This document shows, one piece after another, positions 7,558 to 17,657 of a stretch of DNA of 64,000 bases. The notes under the pieces are model-generated. The model was not told the origin of the DNA. It made no database searches and was given only the letters and a program-made list of their open reading frames with translations. Positions within the stretch are counted from its first letter, which is position 1. The number at the start of each line of letters is the position of its first letter. Origin of the DNA: Solirubrobacterales bacterium (lineage in GTDB: Bacteria; Actinomycetota; Thermoleophilia; Solirubrobacterales; 70-9); assembly GCA_025450195.1 (NCBI GenBank), contig JANWHW010000018.1, positions 3,174 to 67,173 on the forward strand. The letters run 5' to 3'. The translations under genes and the position numbers were made by a program.

Positions 7558-8526
7558 ATGGAGGCAACCGGCATCGGGGCTACGGAGCCGGCGGGGGGAC
7601 CACCCCGCCGGCTCCAGGCTCCAGGCCGGCGCTACGGCGAGAAGGCCATTCAGGGCCTTCTCGCCGCCTGCGGCATCCTCTCCGTCGTCACGACGACGGC
7701 GATCGTCATCTCTCTGATCGGGCCGACGATCGGCTTCTTCGAGGTCGTCCCGGTCGGTGATTTCCTTTTCGGGACCGAATGGACCCCCCAGTTCGAGCCG
7801 CCCAGCTTCGGCGTGCTGGGGATCGTCGCCGGCACCCTCAACGTGACCCTCTGGGGCATGCTGTTTGCGAGCCCGATCGGGCTCGGCTCGGCGATCTACC
7901 TGAGTGAGTACGCCCGCCCGCGCGTTCGCAAGACGATCAAGCCGGTGCTTGAGATCCTCGCCGGCATCCCGACTGTGGCGATCGGTTTCTTCGCCGCCAG
8001 CTTCATCCTGCCGGAGATCATCCAACCTCTCTGGCCCGGCGAGTTCCTCGGCGGCGCGGTCGGCAAGCCGTTCATGGCTCTTGCCGGTGGCCTCGGCATC
8101 GGCCTGATGATCGTGCCGATCATCGCCTCGATCTCCGAGGACGCGATGTCGGCGGTGCCGAACGGGCTACGCGAAGGCGCCTACGCGATGGGCGCAACGA
8201 AGATGAAGGTGGCGACGCGGGTGGTCTTCCCGGCGGCTCTCTCTGGCATCGTCGCTTCGATCGTGCTGGCGACCTCTCGCGCCGTGGGCGAGACGATGAT
8301 CGTTCTTCTAGCCGCTGGATCCACCCCCAACTTCACCCTCAACCCGGTCGAAGCCGTGCAGACGATGACCGCCTACATCGGCGTCACGGCCACCGGCGAC
8401 ATCGGTACCGGCACGCTTGATTACAAATCGGTATTCGCGGTCGGCACCGTGCTCTTCGTCCTGACCCTGGCGATGAACCTGGTCAGCATCAGTCTGGTCC
8501 GCAAGTACCGCGAGGTCTACGAGTGA
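7558..8526 (+). CDS. pstC: phosphate ABC transporter permease
   Basis: Multi-TM protein with the EAA-loop-like motif MSAVPNGLREGAYAMGATK, positioned after pstS. Confidence 0.93.
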   Translation: MEATGIGATEPAGGPPRRLQAPGRRYGEKAIQGLLAACGILSVVTTTAIVISLIGPTIGFFEVVPVGDFLFGTEWTPQFEPPSFGVLGIVAGTLNVTLWGMLFASPIGLGSAIYLSEYARPRVRKTIKPVLEILAGIPTVAIGFFAASFILPEIIQPLWPGEFLGGAVGKPFMALAGGLGIGLMIVPIIASISEDAMSAVPNGLREGAYAMGATKMKVATRVVFPAALSGIVASIVLATSRAVGETMIVLLAAGSTPNFTLNPVEAVQTMTAYIGVTATGDIGTGTLDYKSVFAVGTVLFVLTLAMNLVSISLVRKYREVYE

Positions 8527-9461
8527 TGGCGGAGCCGGGCTCAGCAGCGCCCCGCACTCGGCTCGCCACGGCCGGCGCCAAGGCGACGACGCAAGCGATG
8601 CTGCGCGATCAGCCTCGCCGCGATGTGATCCGCAACACCGCCTTCGCCGGGCTGCTCCTGCTGGCGGTCTCGATTGCCCTGGCTGGGCTCATCGCGCTGC
8701 TGGTCCAGGCCTTCATAAAGGGCGCTCCGGCGCTCAGTACCGACCTCATCACCAACCCGCCATCGTCGATCTACCCGGAGAAAGCCGGCTTCCGGACGGC
8801 GATCCTCGGCTCGCTCGAGCTGATCGCCGGGGTGATCCTCTTCGTCGTACCGGTCGGGGTGGGGGCGGCTATCTACCTGGAGGAGTACGCGGACAAGACT
8901 CGCTGGTGGAACAGGATGATCGAGGTCAACATCCAGAACCTGGCAGCGGTGCCCTCGATCATCTACGGCATCCTCGGCTTGGCCTTCATCGTCCGCGGCC
9001 CGCTCGATCTCGGCTTCATCCTCATCGCAGGCTCGCTGACCCTGGCGCTGTTGGTGCTGCCGATGGTGATCATCGCCGCCCGCGAGGCGATCCGCGCCGT
9101 CCCCGACTCGATCAGGCAGGGCTCGCTGGCGCTGGGCGCGACCAAGTGGCAGACGGTGCGCAGCCAGGTCCTGCCGGCCTCGATTCCCGGCATCGCGACA
9201 GGGGTGATCCTTGCCGTCTCGCGGGCGCTGGGGGAGACGGCGCCGCTGCTGCTGGTCGGCGCGACCGTCTTCGTCACCTTTGATCCGACGCCGTTCTCCG
9301 ACTACTCGGCGTTGCCGGTGCAGATATTCAACTACGCGGTGCAGCCCCAGGACGAGTTTCAGGCACTGGCGGCCGCCGGGATCATCCTGATGCTGGTCGT
9401 ATTGCTGGCGATGAATTCCTTCGCGATCTGGCTACGAAATCGTTACGAGCAAAGGTGGTAG
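8523..9461 (+). CDS. pstA: phosphate ABC transporter permease
   Basis: Carries the motif [21 protein letters not shown]. Overlaps the pstC stop codon by 4 nt. Confidence 0.93.
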   Translation: MMAEPGSAAPRTRLATAGAKATTQAMLRDQPRRDVIRNTAFAGLLLLAVSIALAGLIALLVQAFIKGAPALSTDLITNPPSSIYPEKAGFRTAILGSLELIAGVILFVVPVGVGAAIYLEEYADKTRWWNRMIEVNIQNLAAVPSIIYGILGLAFIVRGPLDLGFILIAGSLTLALLVLPMVIIAAREAIRAVPDSIRQGSLALGATKWQTVRSQVLPASIPGIATGVILAVSRALGETAPLLLVGATVFVTFDPTPFSDYSALPVQIFNYAVQPQDEFQALAAAGIILMLVVLLAMNSFAIWLRNRYEQRW

Positions 9462-9471
9462 GTGGGCTAGT

Positions 9472-10383
9472 GTGGGCGAGCAGATGACCCAAGACGAGAG
9501 CAGGACTGGAACTGGGCGCGAAGCCCGAGAGGCGGCAGCCGAGCGCGCCGCGATCGCGGTGCGCCCGGATGAGTTTCACCACAGCGAGGCCGGCAGTGGC
9601 GCCAGGGAAAAGGTCTTCGAGCTAAAGGGCATCGATGTGCGCTATAGCGGCGTCGCCGCGGTCAAGGGCATCTCGATGGACATCCATCGCAAGGACGTCA
9701 CGGCATTGATCGGCCCGTCCGGCTGTGGCAAGAGCACACTGCTGCGCTGCCTCAACCGGATGAACGACCTGATCCCCAACGCCGAAGTGCAGGGTGAGCT
9801 GCTCTACCACGGTGAGGATCTCTACGGCCCGACGGTTGACCCGGTTCAGGTCCGCAAGCTGATCGGGATGGTTTTCCAGAAGCCAAACCCCTTCCCGAAG
9901 TCGATTTACGACAACGTCGCCTTTGGCCCGCGCATCCTGGGTCGCAAGGACGACCTCGACGCAACTGTCGAGCATGCCCTACGAGGGGCGGCGCTGTGGG
10001 AGGAGGTAAAGGATCGCCTCGAAGACAACGCCTTCGGCCTCTCGGGCGGCCAGCAGCAGCGCCTCTGCATCGCCCGCTGCATCGCGGTCGAGCCCGATGT
10101 GATCCTGATGGACGAGCCGTGTTCTGCGCTCGACCCGATCTCGACCGGCAAGATCGAGGATCTGATGATCGCGCTGAAGGACGAGTTCTCGATCGTCATC
10201 GTTACCCACAACATGCAACAGGCGGCCCGGGTCTCCGATCGCACCGCCTTCCTGATGGTGGAGTTGGACGCCGACGAGCAGAATCGCTGGGGCCGCTTGG
10301 TCGAGTACGACGACACCGAGAAGATCTTCACCAACCCGGCGGACCAGCGGACCGAGGACTACGTCTCGGGCAAGGTCGGGTGA
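9472..10383 (+). CDS. pstB: phosphate ABC transporter ATP-binding protein (about 45-aa N-terminal extension if the start is as given)
   Basis: Walker [10 protein letters not shown], signature LSGGQQQRL, Walker B ILMDEP, and the PstB-typical C-terminus. Confidence 0.93.
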   Translation: MGEQMTQDESRTGTGREAREAAAERAAIAVRPDEFHHSEAGSGAREKVFELKGIDVRYSGVAAVKGISMDIHRKDVTALIGPSGCGKSTLLRCLNRMNDLIPNAEVQGELLYHGEDLYGPTVDPVQVRKLIGMVFQKPNPFPKSIYDNVAFGPRILGRKDDLDATVEHALRGAALWEEVKDRLEDNAFGLSGGQQQRLCIARCIAVEPDVILMDEPCSALDPISTGKIEDLMIALKDEFSIVIVTHNMQQAARVSDRTAFLMVELDADEQNRWGRLVEYDDTEKIFTNPADQRTEDYVSGKVG

Positions 10384-10390
10384 CGGGCCG

Positions 10391-11077
10391 ATGGTTGAGC
10401 ACACCAGGGTCCAATACCAAGAGGAACTCGAGCAGCTGGAGGCCAGCGCTCTTGGCGGTCTCGATTTGGTCAGTGCCGCGCTCTCACGCACCCTGGAGGC
10501 GATCGAGCATCAGGACGTCGAGCTGGCGCAGCTGGTGGTCGCCGACGACGATCGCATCGACGGCCGCTACCTGGAGGTCCACCAGAGCCTGATCGCGTTG
10601 CTCGCGACTCAGTCGCCTGTGGCCACCGACCTGCGGTTGATATCGGCGCTTTTGCACGTGCTGAAGAACGTCGAGCGGATGGGCGATCAGTGTGTCAACG
10701 TCTGCAAGCTGATCCCACTCTCGGGCAACGAGCCACCGGCCGACAAGGAGATGGTGAAGAACATCCTCACCATGGGCAATCAGTCTCGTACCTTGATCAA
10801 TCAGGCGAAGCGCTCCTTCGAGGACCGCAACGTGGAGATGGCGCGAGATCTGGTTCGCCAGGATGACGTAGTCGACAATCTGAACCGGGAGTGCTTTCAC
10901 CTCGCGCTGGCGATCGGCGATGACGCCGACAAGCGCGAATGGGCGATGACGATGCTGCTTGCGGCGCGGGCGATCGAGCGGATCGGCGATAACGCTGTGG
11001 ATATCGGCGAGCAGGTTGCCTTCGTGGTGACAGGCCTGTTCAGGGAGTTTGAGGACGCCTCTCACCCAGGCGGGTAG
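10391..11077 (+). CDS. phoU: phosphate signalling complex protein PhoU
   Basis: Two PhoU repeats (ERMGDQCVNV and ERIGDNAVDIGE), positioned after pstB. Confidence 0.92.
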   Translation: MVEHTRVQYQEELEQLEASALGGLDLVSAALSRTLEAIEHQDVELAQLVVADDDRIDGRYLEVHQSLIALLATQSPVATDLRLISALLHVLKNVERMGDQCVNVCKLIPLSGNEPPADKEMVKNILTMGNQSRTLINQAKRSFEDRNVEMARDLVRQDDVVDNLNRECFHLALAIGDDADKREWAMTMLLAARAIERIGDNAVDIGEQVAFVVTGLFREFEDASHPGG

Positions 11078-11237
11078 TCGCCGATAGGCCGCTGCGCCGG
11101 CGGGTAGCGGTGGAGCTGCCCAGTGCGTTCTCTGTGCAAGCAGCCGATGTCCGCCAAGCCGGTAACCACCAGGCCCCAAATGCAAGCCCCCAGCGGGTGA
11201 GATCCGAAGTGTTTGGAAAGATCCAAGCAGGCTTCTG

Positions 11238-12143
11238 ATGCTCTGTGCGGCGATAGATATCGGGTCGAACACGACACGAGTGCTCGTGGCTGAGCCCGTC
11301 GATGGCCAGTTGAAGAAGGTGATGGAGCAGCGCGCCTACACACGCATCAACAAGGCGGCCGACGAGGATGGCCTGATCCCGGAGGAGAAGGCGCAGGAAG
11401 TCGCCGATGTGGTCGCGACTCAGGTGCGACTGGCTAGAGAGCTGGGGGCGGAGACGATCCGCTCGGTGGCGACGGCGGCTGTGCGCGAGGCCACGAACGG
11501 AGCGGAGACGGCGCGGAGGATCAGCGAGGAGTCCGGGGTGCCGGTCGAGATCCTCAGCGAGGAGGAGGAGGGAAGACTCTCCTTCATCGGCGCAACCAAG
11601 ACGCTCGGTCATCCGGTCGAGGGGAAGGTTGGGGTCGTCGACGTCGGGGGCGGCTCGACCGAGGTGATCCTCGGGACCGTTTCCGGCGGGGTCGACTGGG
11701 TTCGCTCCTGGCGGGTGGGATCAGGAGCGCTGGCGGACGAGCTGATCGCCTCCGACCCTCCGTCGGCGGCCGAGATTCGCAAGATCCGCGACCGAATCGA
11801 CGACATCTTCGAGGGGGTCGAGATCGAGCGCCCGGCGCAGGCGGTTGCGGTGGGCGGCAGCGCCACATCCCTGCGACGCCTGGTTGGGGCGGTCTTGGAA
11901 TACGAGACGCTCGAGCGCGGCATTCGGGTGCTCTCAGGCGATCCGGCTGCCGAGGTCGCGAGGCGCTTCGAGCTGGACCCTGAGCGGGTTCGGATCCTCG
12001 CCACCGGCGTCCTGCTGCTGGAGAAGGTCTCCGAGCTGCTTGGGCAGCCGCTTCAAATCGGCAAGGGCGGCTTGCGAGAGGGGATCATCCTCGATCTTCT
12101 CAACGGCAATTTCAGCGACCCAGCCCATTCCCTCGCCGCGTAG
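11238..12143 (+). CDS. ppx: Ppx/GppA-family exopolyphosphatase (N-terminal ASKHA domains only)
   Basis: AIDIGSNTTRVLVAE, VDVGGGSTEV and AVGGSATSL are actin-like ATPase motifs of the Ppx/GppA family. Confidence 0.88.
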   Translation: MLCAAIDIGSNTTRVLVAEPVDGQLKKVMEQRAYTRINKAADEDGLIPEEKAQEVADVVATQVRLARELGAETIRSVATAAVREATNGAETARRISEESGVPVEILSEEEEGRLSFIGATKTLGHPVEGKVGVVDVGGGSTEVILGTVSGGVDWVRSWRVGSGALADELIASDPPSAAEIRKIRDRIDDIFEGVEIERPAQAVAVGGSATSLRRLVGAVLEYETLERGIRVLSGDPAAEVARRFELDPERVRILATGVLLLEKVSELLGQPLQIGKGGLREGIILDLLNGNFSDPAHSLAA

Positions 12144-12220
12144 GGCGACCTCGCGGAACCCGCTCCATTGTGCGCCGCTAATCGCGCACGGGCCTGGAAT
12201 CGATCGTCTAGCCTCCGCCC

Positions 12221-12697
12221 GTGGCGCGCGCACGCGATGTCCCGGGCCTTGACTGTGGCGAGCCCTTCGCTCGGGCGGCAGCGCGCGTGGTCGAGGTGCG
12301 GGCGAGTGAGGTTTTTGCCCATTCGTATGGCGTCCTCGACATCGACAACATCGAGCATCTGCACGATATGCGGGTTGCAACACGCCGTCTGCGTGCCGCC
12401 ATGGAGGTGTTCGAGCCATGCTTTCCCGGTAAGCGCTGGCGCAAGGCGCTGAAGCGGGTGAAGGCGCTTGCCGACGCGCTGGGGGAGCGCCGTGACCGGG
12501 ACGTCGCCATCAATTTTCTCGTCGAATTCGCGGCGGACGCTCCCGAGGCCGACCGTTCCGCGCTCGCGGGGCTATTAGAAGGACTGCGAGATGAGCAGCA
12601 CCGGGCCAACGACGAGCTGGCCCCATACGTCGCGCAGCAACGACTCGAGAAGCTGCAGCAGCGTCTGCGCAAGCTGGTGAAGGCCGTGGAGGCATGA
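12221..12697 (+). CDS. CHAD-domain protein, first half
   Basis: HDMRVATRRLRAAMEVF and LGERRDRDV are CHAD helical-repeat signatures. Confidence 0.8.
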   Translation: MARARDVPGLDCGEPFARAAARVVEVRASEVFAHSYGVLDIDNIEHLHDMRVATRRLRAAMEVFEPCFPGKRWRKALKRVKALADALGERRDRDVAINFLVEFAADAPEADRSALAGLLEGLRDEQHRANDELAPYVAQQRLEKLQQRLRKLVKAVEA

Positions 12698-13116
12698 AGG
12701 CACGCGCAGTTGAAGGCCTCCGCCCGGAGGCGCCGCTTCGCGAGAACGCGGTGTCGATCCTGCGCACCCGGCTCAATGAGCTGTTCTCCTTTGCCGAGGC
12801 GGCGCTTGAGCCCGGTGCGGTGGACGCGCAGCACGACATGCGGATCGCCGCCAAGCGTTTGCGCTACGTGCTCGAGATCACCGGCTTCTGCTTTGGATCG
12901 GAGGCCGATGCCGCACGTGGTGCCGCCAGGGCGCTGCAGAGCGTTCTTGGCGACATCCGCGATTGCGAGGCGATGTTCCCGCGTGCGCAGGGGATCGATT
13001 CGCTGACGACCGTTCTACACACCCGTCGTGAGCTGCTCCTTCGCCGTTTCAGCGGCCTTTGGGAGGAGCAGGCGAAAGAGGGCATCTGGGTTGGCCTGGA
13101 GCGCGCTTTGGGCTAA
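12694..13116 (+). CDS. CHAD-domain protein, second half
   Basis: HDMRIAAKRLRYVLEI and LGDIRDCEAM motifs. The ATGA stop/start overlaps the preceding CHAD ORF. Confidence 0.8.
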   Translation: MKARAVEGLRPEAPLRENAVSILRTRLNELFSFAEAALEPGAVDAQHDMRIAAKRLRYVLEITGFCFGSEADAARGAARALQSVLGDIRDCEAMFPRAQGIDSLTTVLHTRRELLLRRFSGLWEEQAKEGIWVGLERALG

Positions 13117-13221
13117 TTCTCGATCACTGGATATTCACAGGCCGTTCCCCTTTGCTTTACAAGATTCCCCTGCAAATTGAGAATCTAAGGAGGACAACAG
13201 AACGCGAATAGGGAGACACCG

Positions 13222-15495
13222 ATGACTTCCCGAGTCGATCTGCACTGCCACTCCACCGCCTCACACCTCTCACGGCTCGGGGTACAGCGCTCGCTGGGGC
13301 TGCTCGAGTGCGCCACTCCGCCGCAGGAGGTCTATGAGCTGGCGAAGCGGCGGGGCATGGACTTTGTGACGATCACCGATCACGACACGATCGACGGCTG
13401 CCTGGAGTTGGCCGATCGTTCCGACTGCTTCGTCTCCGAGGAGCTGACCGCCCGCTTTGCCGGCGAGCCACAGGCGGTTCATGTCCTCTGTTACGGGATC
13501 ACTCCCGGAGACCATGACTGGCTGCAGGCTCATGCTGGCGATGTCGAGGCCTGCGCCATCTACCTGCATGAGAACGAGATCGCCTGCGCGCTCGCGCACC
13601 CGTTCTACGACGTCGGCGCGCCTCTTACCCGGCGTCATCGTCGTCGCCTCGCCGAGATGTTTTCTGTCTGGGAGGTCCGCAACGGGTCGCGGGCCGCGGA
13701 GCTCAACATGCCTGCCGCGATCTACATCGACACGCATGGAGGCGCCGGGATCGGCGGCTCCGACGATCACGCCGGTGTGGACATCGGGCGCACCTTCACC
13801 GAGGTGCCCTCCGCGTCCACGCCGGAAGAGTTTCTGCACTGCCTGCTCAGCGGCGATGCCCTGGTCGGCGGCGAACAGGGCAGCGCCGCCAAGTGGGCGC
13901 ACGCGGCAATGGCCCTTGCAACTCGTGCCCTCGCCCTCGATGGACGGACCGGGGGCGAGGGTGCGCCCGACCCTGCCGTTGTTTTGAAGATCGCGCAGCA
14001 GGTTGTCGGTCAGGGCGCCGCCCGCGAGGGAAAGGTCGCCGCTGACCTTGGTCCCGACGACGCCCGGGCGCTGCTCGAGGCCTGGCTCGCATCCGTCGGC
14101 CTCGAGCAGCGAGGCCGAGATCTGATCGATTACCTGCAGTCCGACGGCTTCTCCCACGCAGCTCTCTACCGCCGCGCCCGCCGCGTCCATGAGCGACGGT
14201 TGTGCGCCGCCATCGCCTTAGGCTCGCGGGCGGTTGTCGGGGGCGACGCGCCGGGGGCCTTCGGGGGCCTCTTCGAGGCTCTGGTGCCCGCCGTGCCCTA
14301 TGCGCCATCCGCCGCGTTCCTCGGCGCCGAGAAGACAAAGCTCGCCGCCCGCGAGGAGGAGCCACGTCGGGTCGCGGTGATTGTCGATGGCATCGCGTCG
14401 ATGCATGGGGTGACTCACACGATTGAGCAGATCCGCGAGCATGGGGTGTCCGGCTTTGAGGTCGAGGTCGTGGGGACCGATGCGGGCGTCGATCGCAGGC
14501 TGCCAGCCGCCGCCGAGCTGGACGTTCCCTTCTACGACGGCATGAGGCTCGGGGTTCCTGCCCTACCCGACCTCGTGGAGACGCTCGCCGAGGGCCGCTA
14601 CGACCTGATGCATGTCACCGCGCCGGGCCCGGCGGGCATTGCCGCCGTCCTGCTCAGCCGCATCACCGGAATGCCGCTGGTCGGCAGTTACCACACCGAG
14701 CTGGGCGCCTACGCTGGGCTCCGAAGCGGGGACGACGGCTTGGAGGCAATCGCACGCGCCGCGCTGGCGGCCTTCTACCGGGCGCCGTCGATAGTCCTCT
14801 CCCCAAGCCCCGCGGCAGACCGCTCGCTGATTGAGCTTGGCGTCGATCCAGGCCGTGTCGCTCGCTGGGAGCGCGGGGTCGACGTCAGCCGCTTCGACCC
14901 GTCCAAGCGCGACGCCGAGGCCTTCCCCGGCGAGCTGAAGGTCCTCTATGCCGGCCGCCAGACGCGTGAGAAGGGGGTGGACCTGCTCGCCGAGAGCTTC
15001 CTGCGCGCCCACCGGGCCGACCCTCGCTTGCACCTGCTGCTGGCCGGTGGCGGGCCCGAGGAGGAGGAGCTGCGCAGGCGCCTTGGCGATCGCGCCACCT
15101 TCCTCGGCTGGCTCGAGGGCGAGGAGTTGGCTCGGGTGTATGCCAGCGCCGACATCTTCCTCTTCTGCTCGCGCACCGACACCTATGGGCAGGTGATCCT
15201 CGAGGCCGGCGCCAGCGGTTTGCCTGTCATCGCGGTTGCCGAGGGAGGCCCCGCCTCGCTGGTCGAGAACCGCCACACGGGCATGCTCTGCCAGGCCAAT
15301 CCCGACCATGTCGCGGGGGTCGTGCTCCAGCTGGCGTCCTCGGCCTCCCTGCGTGGAGATCTGGGGGCCGCTGCGGTGCGGACAGCCCACACGCGCTCCT
15401 GGGGGCGTGCCCTGGATCAGCTGGCAGCGGGCTATCGGCGTGCACTGGATTCTGGGATCGCCGTCCAGGGACTTGCCCCGGTTCGGGCAGCCTGA
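13222..15495 (+). CDS. fusion protein: N-terminal PHP-domain phosphoesterase plus C-terminal GT4 (group 1) glycosyltransferase
   Basis: The N-terminus VDLHCHSTASH...VTITDHDTIDG...GGSDDHAG carries PHP metal-binding motifs. The C-terminus LYAGRQTREKGVDLL...DIFLFCSRTDTYGQVILEAGASGLPVIA is a GT4 E-x7-E-type motif. Confidence 0.85.
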   Translation: MTSRVDLHCHSTASHLSRLGVQRSLGLLECATPPQEVYELAKRRGMDFVTITDHDTIDGCLELADRSDCFVSEELTARFAGEPQAVHVLCYGITPGDHDWLQAHAGDVEACAIYLHENEIACALAHPFYDVGAPLTRRHRRRLAEMFSVWEVRNGSRAAELNMPAAIYIDTHGGAGIGGSDDHAGVDIGRTFTEVPSASTPEEFLHCLLSGDALVGGEQGSAAKWAHAAMALATRALALDGRTGGEGAPDPAVVLKIAQQVVGQGAAREGKVAADLGPDDARALLEAWLASVGLEQRGRDLIDYLQSDGFSHAALYRRARRVHERRLCAAIALGSRAVVGGDAPGAFGGLFEALVPAVPYAPSAAFLGAEKTKLAAREEEPRRVAVIVDGIASMHGVTHTIEQIREHGVSGFEVEVVGTDAGVDRRLPAAAELDVPFYDGMRLGVPALPDLVETLAEGRYDLMHVTAPGPAGIAAVLLSRITGMPLVGSYHTELGAYAGLRSGDDGLEAIARAALAAFYRAPSIVLSPSPAADRSLIELGVDPGRVARWERGVDVSRFDPSKRDAEAFPGELKVLYAGRQTREKGVDLLAESFLRAHRADPRLHLLLAGGGPEEEELRRRLGDRATFLGWLEGEELARVYASADIFLFCSRTDTYGQVILEAGASGLPVIAVAEGGPASLVENRHTGMLCQANPDHVAGVVLQLASSASLRGDLGAAAVRTAHTRSWGRALDQLAAGYRRALDSGIAVQGLAPVRAA

Positions 15496-15516
15496 GAAGG
15501 TGGGAGGAGCCTGACG

Positions 15517-17619
15517 TTGCCGCAGTACGATGGTCGGATCGACGATCCGACCCTTTACTTCAATCGCGAGCTCTCCTGGCTTGACTTCAATCAGCGGGTC
15601 CTCGAATTGGCTGAGGATCCCGGTGTTCCGCTGCTGGAGCGGGTTCGATTCTGTTCCATCTATGCCTCAAATCTGGATGAGTTCTTCATGGTCCGGGTCG
15701 CCGGGCTGTTCGACCAGCTCGATGCGGGTATCGACGCGCGCGGCCCGGACGGGCTCGTCCCCGGCGAGTTGATCGACGCGATCCAGACGCGAGTGCTCGA
15801 GCTCGACGGCCGTCTCCACAACTGCTTCAACGGCGTACTGCGCCCGGCGCTGGAAGAGCACGGCATTCGCATCGTGTCGCTGGGCTCCGCGACCGAGGAA
15901 GAGCGCCGCGAGATCGACGTGCGCTTCCACGAGCAGGTCTTCCCGGCGCTGACCCCGCTTGTGATCGGGTTGGGCCGGCCGTTCCCCTACATCTCCAACC
16001 TCTCGCTCAGCCTCGGCGTTCTGTTGCGCGACCCCGATTCCGGCACCGAGATCATCGCTCGCGTCAAGGTGCCGAAGGAGCTGCTTGGGCGATTCCTGCG
16101 GATTGGCGAGGGGGGCAGCGTGCTCGTTCCTCTAGAGGAGGCGATCGCCGCCAATCTCGATGCGCTCTTCCCAGGCACAGAGGTCATCGACTACGGGTAT
16201 TTCCGGGTTACCCGTGACGCTGATTTCACGGTGAGCGATGAGGCCGATGACCTGCTGCAGGCGGTCCAGAATGAGCTCCGCCGCCGCCGTTTCGGCGAGG
16301 TGGTGAGGCTCGAGGTTGCAGCTGGGATGAACTCGAAGCTGCGGGGCCAGCTGATCGATGCATTGCGCCTCGAAGACCGCGAGGTATACGACGTAGACGG
16401 GCTGATCGACCTGGCGGACCTCACCGATGTCGTCGATGTCCCGGGGCGCGCTGAGTTGCGCTACAAGCCCTGGAAACCCGTCACGCAGCCACGGCTGCAG
16501 GGGGAGGACGAGGAGCCGGTCGACATCTTCGCGGCGATCCGGCAGGGCGACATCCTCGTCCACCATCCCTACGACTCCTTTGCAACCTCTGTGGAGCGCT
16601 TCGTCGATCAGGCGGTGGCAGACCCCAACGTGTTGGCGATCAAGCAGACGGTGTACCGAACGAGCGACGACTCGCCGCTTGTGCCGGCGCTGATCCGCGC
16701 TTCCGAACGCGGCAAGCAGGCGGTCTGCATGGTGGAGCTGAAGGCTCGCTTCGACGAGGCGGCCAACATCCACTGGGCGAAGTCGCTGGAGGAGTCGGGC
16801 GTACACGTCGTCTACGGCATCCCGGGCCTGAAGACGCACGTGAAGGCCATCGTCGTCGCACGCCGCGAGGGCGATCGGGTGCGCGAGTACGTACACATCG
16901 GGACCGGCAACTACAACCCGACGACGGCGCGGATCTATACAGACCTCGGCCTGTTCACGGCGGACCCCGAAATCGGCGCGGACGTGGCCGAGATGTTCAA
17001 CTACCTGACCGGATACGGGCGGCCCGCGAGGTATCGGAAGGTGCTGGTCTCCCCGACCACGATGCGGAGTCGCATCGTCGAGGAGATCGAGGCCACCGTC
17101 GAAGCGCACTACGCCGGCGAAGAGGCGAGGATCGCGCTGAAGATGAACGCGCTGGTCGATGCCGGTTGCATCCAGGCTCTCTACGAGGCCTCGCGAGCGG
17201 GGGTTCCCGTGGACCTCAACGTGCGTGGCATCTGCTGCCTGCGCCCCGGGGTCCCTGGTCTATCCGAGAACATCCGGGTGGTCTCGGTGGTCGGGCGCTT
17301 TCTCGAGCACTCCCGAATTTATGCCTTCCGCCGCGGCGAAGAGACACGGGTCCTGACCGGATCCCCGGACTTGATGCCCCGCAACCTGGACAGCCGGGTT
17401 GAGCTGGTGACTCCGGTCGAAGACCCAGATCTCCGCCTCGAGTTGCTCGACGTGCTCGAGTGCAGCTTCGCCGACAACGTGAACGCCTGGGAGCTCGATT
17501 CGGCGGGTGTCTGGACCCGGCTCAGCCCGCCCGAGGGGGCACGGCACAGCGTTCAGGAGGAACTGTGCGAGCGCCATGCCGCGCGCGCCAGCGAGCAGCT
17601 TGCGGCGGCGGCGGGATGA
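15517..17619 (+). CDS. ppk: polyphosphate kinase 1
   Basis: 700 aa. YFNRELSWLDFNQRVL, the PLD-like HxK motifs (LKTHVKAIVV and FLEHSRIY), and the length all fit Ppk1. Confidence 0.95.
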   Translation: MPQYDGRIDDPTLYFNRELSWLDFNQRVLELAEDPGVPLLERVRFCSIYASNLDEFFMVRVAGLFDQLDAGIDARGPDGLVPGELIDAIQTRVLELDGRLHNCFNGVLRPALEEHGIRIVSLGSATEEERREIDVRFHEQVFPALTPLVIGLGRPFPYISNLSLSLGVLLRDPDSGTEIIARVKVPKELLGRFLRIGEGGSVLVPLEEAIAANLDALFPGTEVIDYGYFRVTRDADFTVSDEADDLLQAVQNELRRRRFGEVVRLEVAAGMNSKLRGQLIDALRLEDREVYDVDGLIDLADLTDVVDVPGRAELRYKPWKPVTQPRLQGEDEEPVDIFAAIRQGDILVHHPYDSFATSVERFVDQAVADPNVLAIKQTVYRTSDDSPLVPALIRASERGKQAVCMVELKARFDEAANIHWAKSLEESGVHVVYGIPGLKTHVKAIVVARREGDRVREYVHIGTGNYNPTTARIYTDLGLFTADPEIGADVAEMFNYLTGYGRPARYRKVLVSPTTMRSRIVEEIEATVEAHYAGEEARIALKMNALVDAGCIQALYEASRAGVPVDLNVRGICCLRPGVPGLSENIRVVSVVGRFLEHSRIYAFRRGEETRVLTGSPDLMPRNLDSRVELVTPVEDPDLRLELLDVLECSFADNVNAWELDSAGVWTRLSPPEGARHSVQEELCERHAARASEQLAAAAG

Positions 17620-17657
17620 CCGCTCTGGCGTCCTCGGTCGCACAATAGGATTGCCGC

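Noticed and set aside
13117-13221. Second Pho box upstream of the PHP-GT4/ppk1 genes (TTTACA at about 13158)
   Set aside because: Only a single TTTACA hexamer is present, without an 11-bp-phased partner. This is insufficient to call a binding site.
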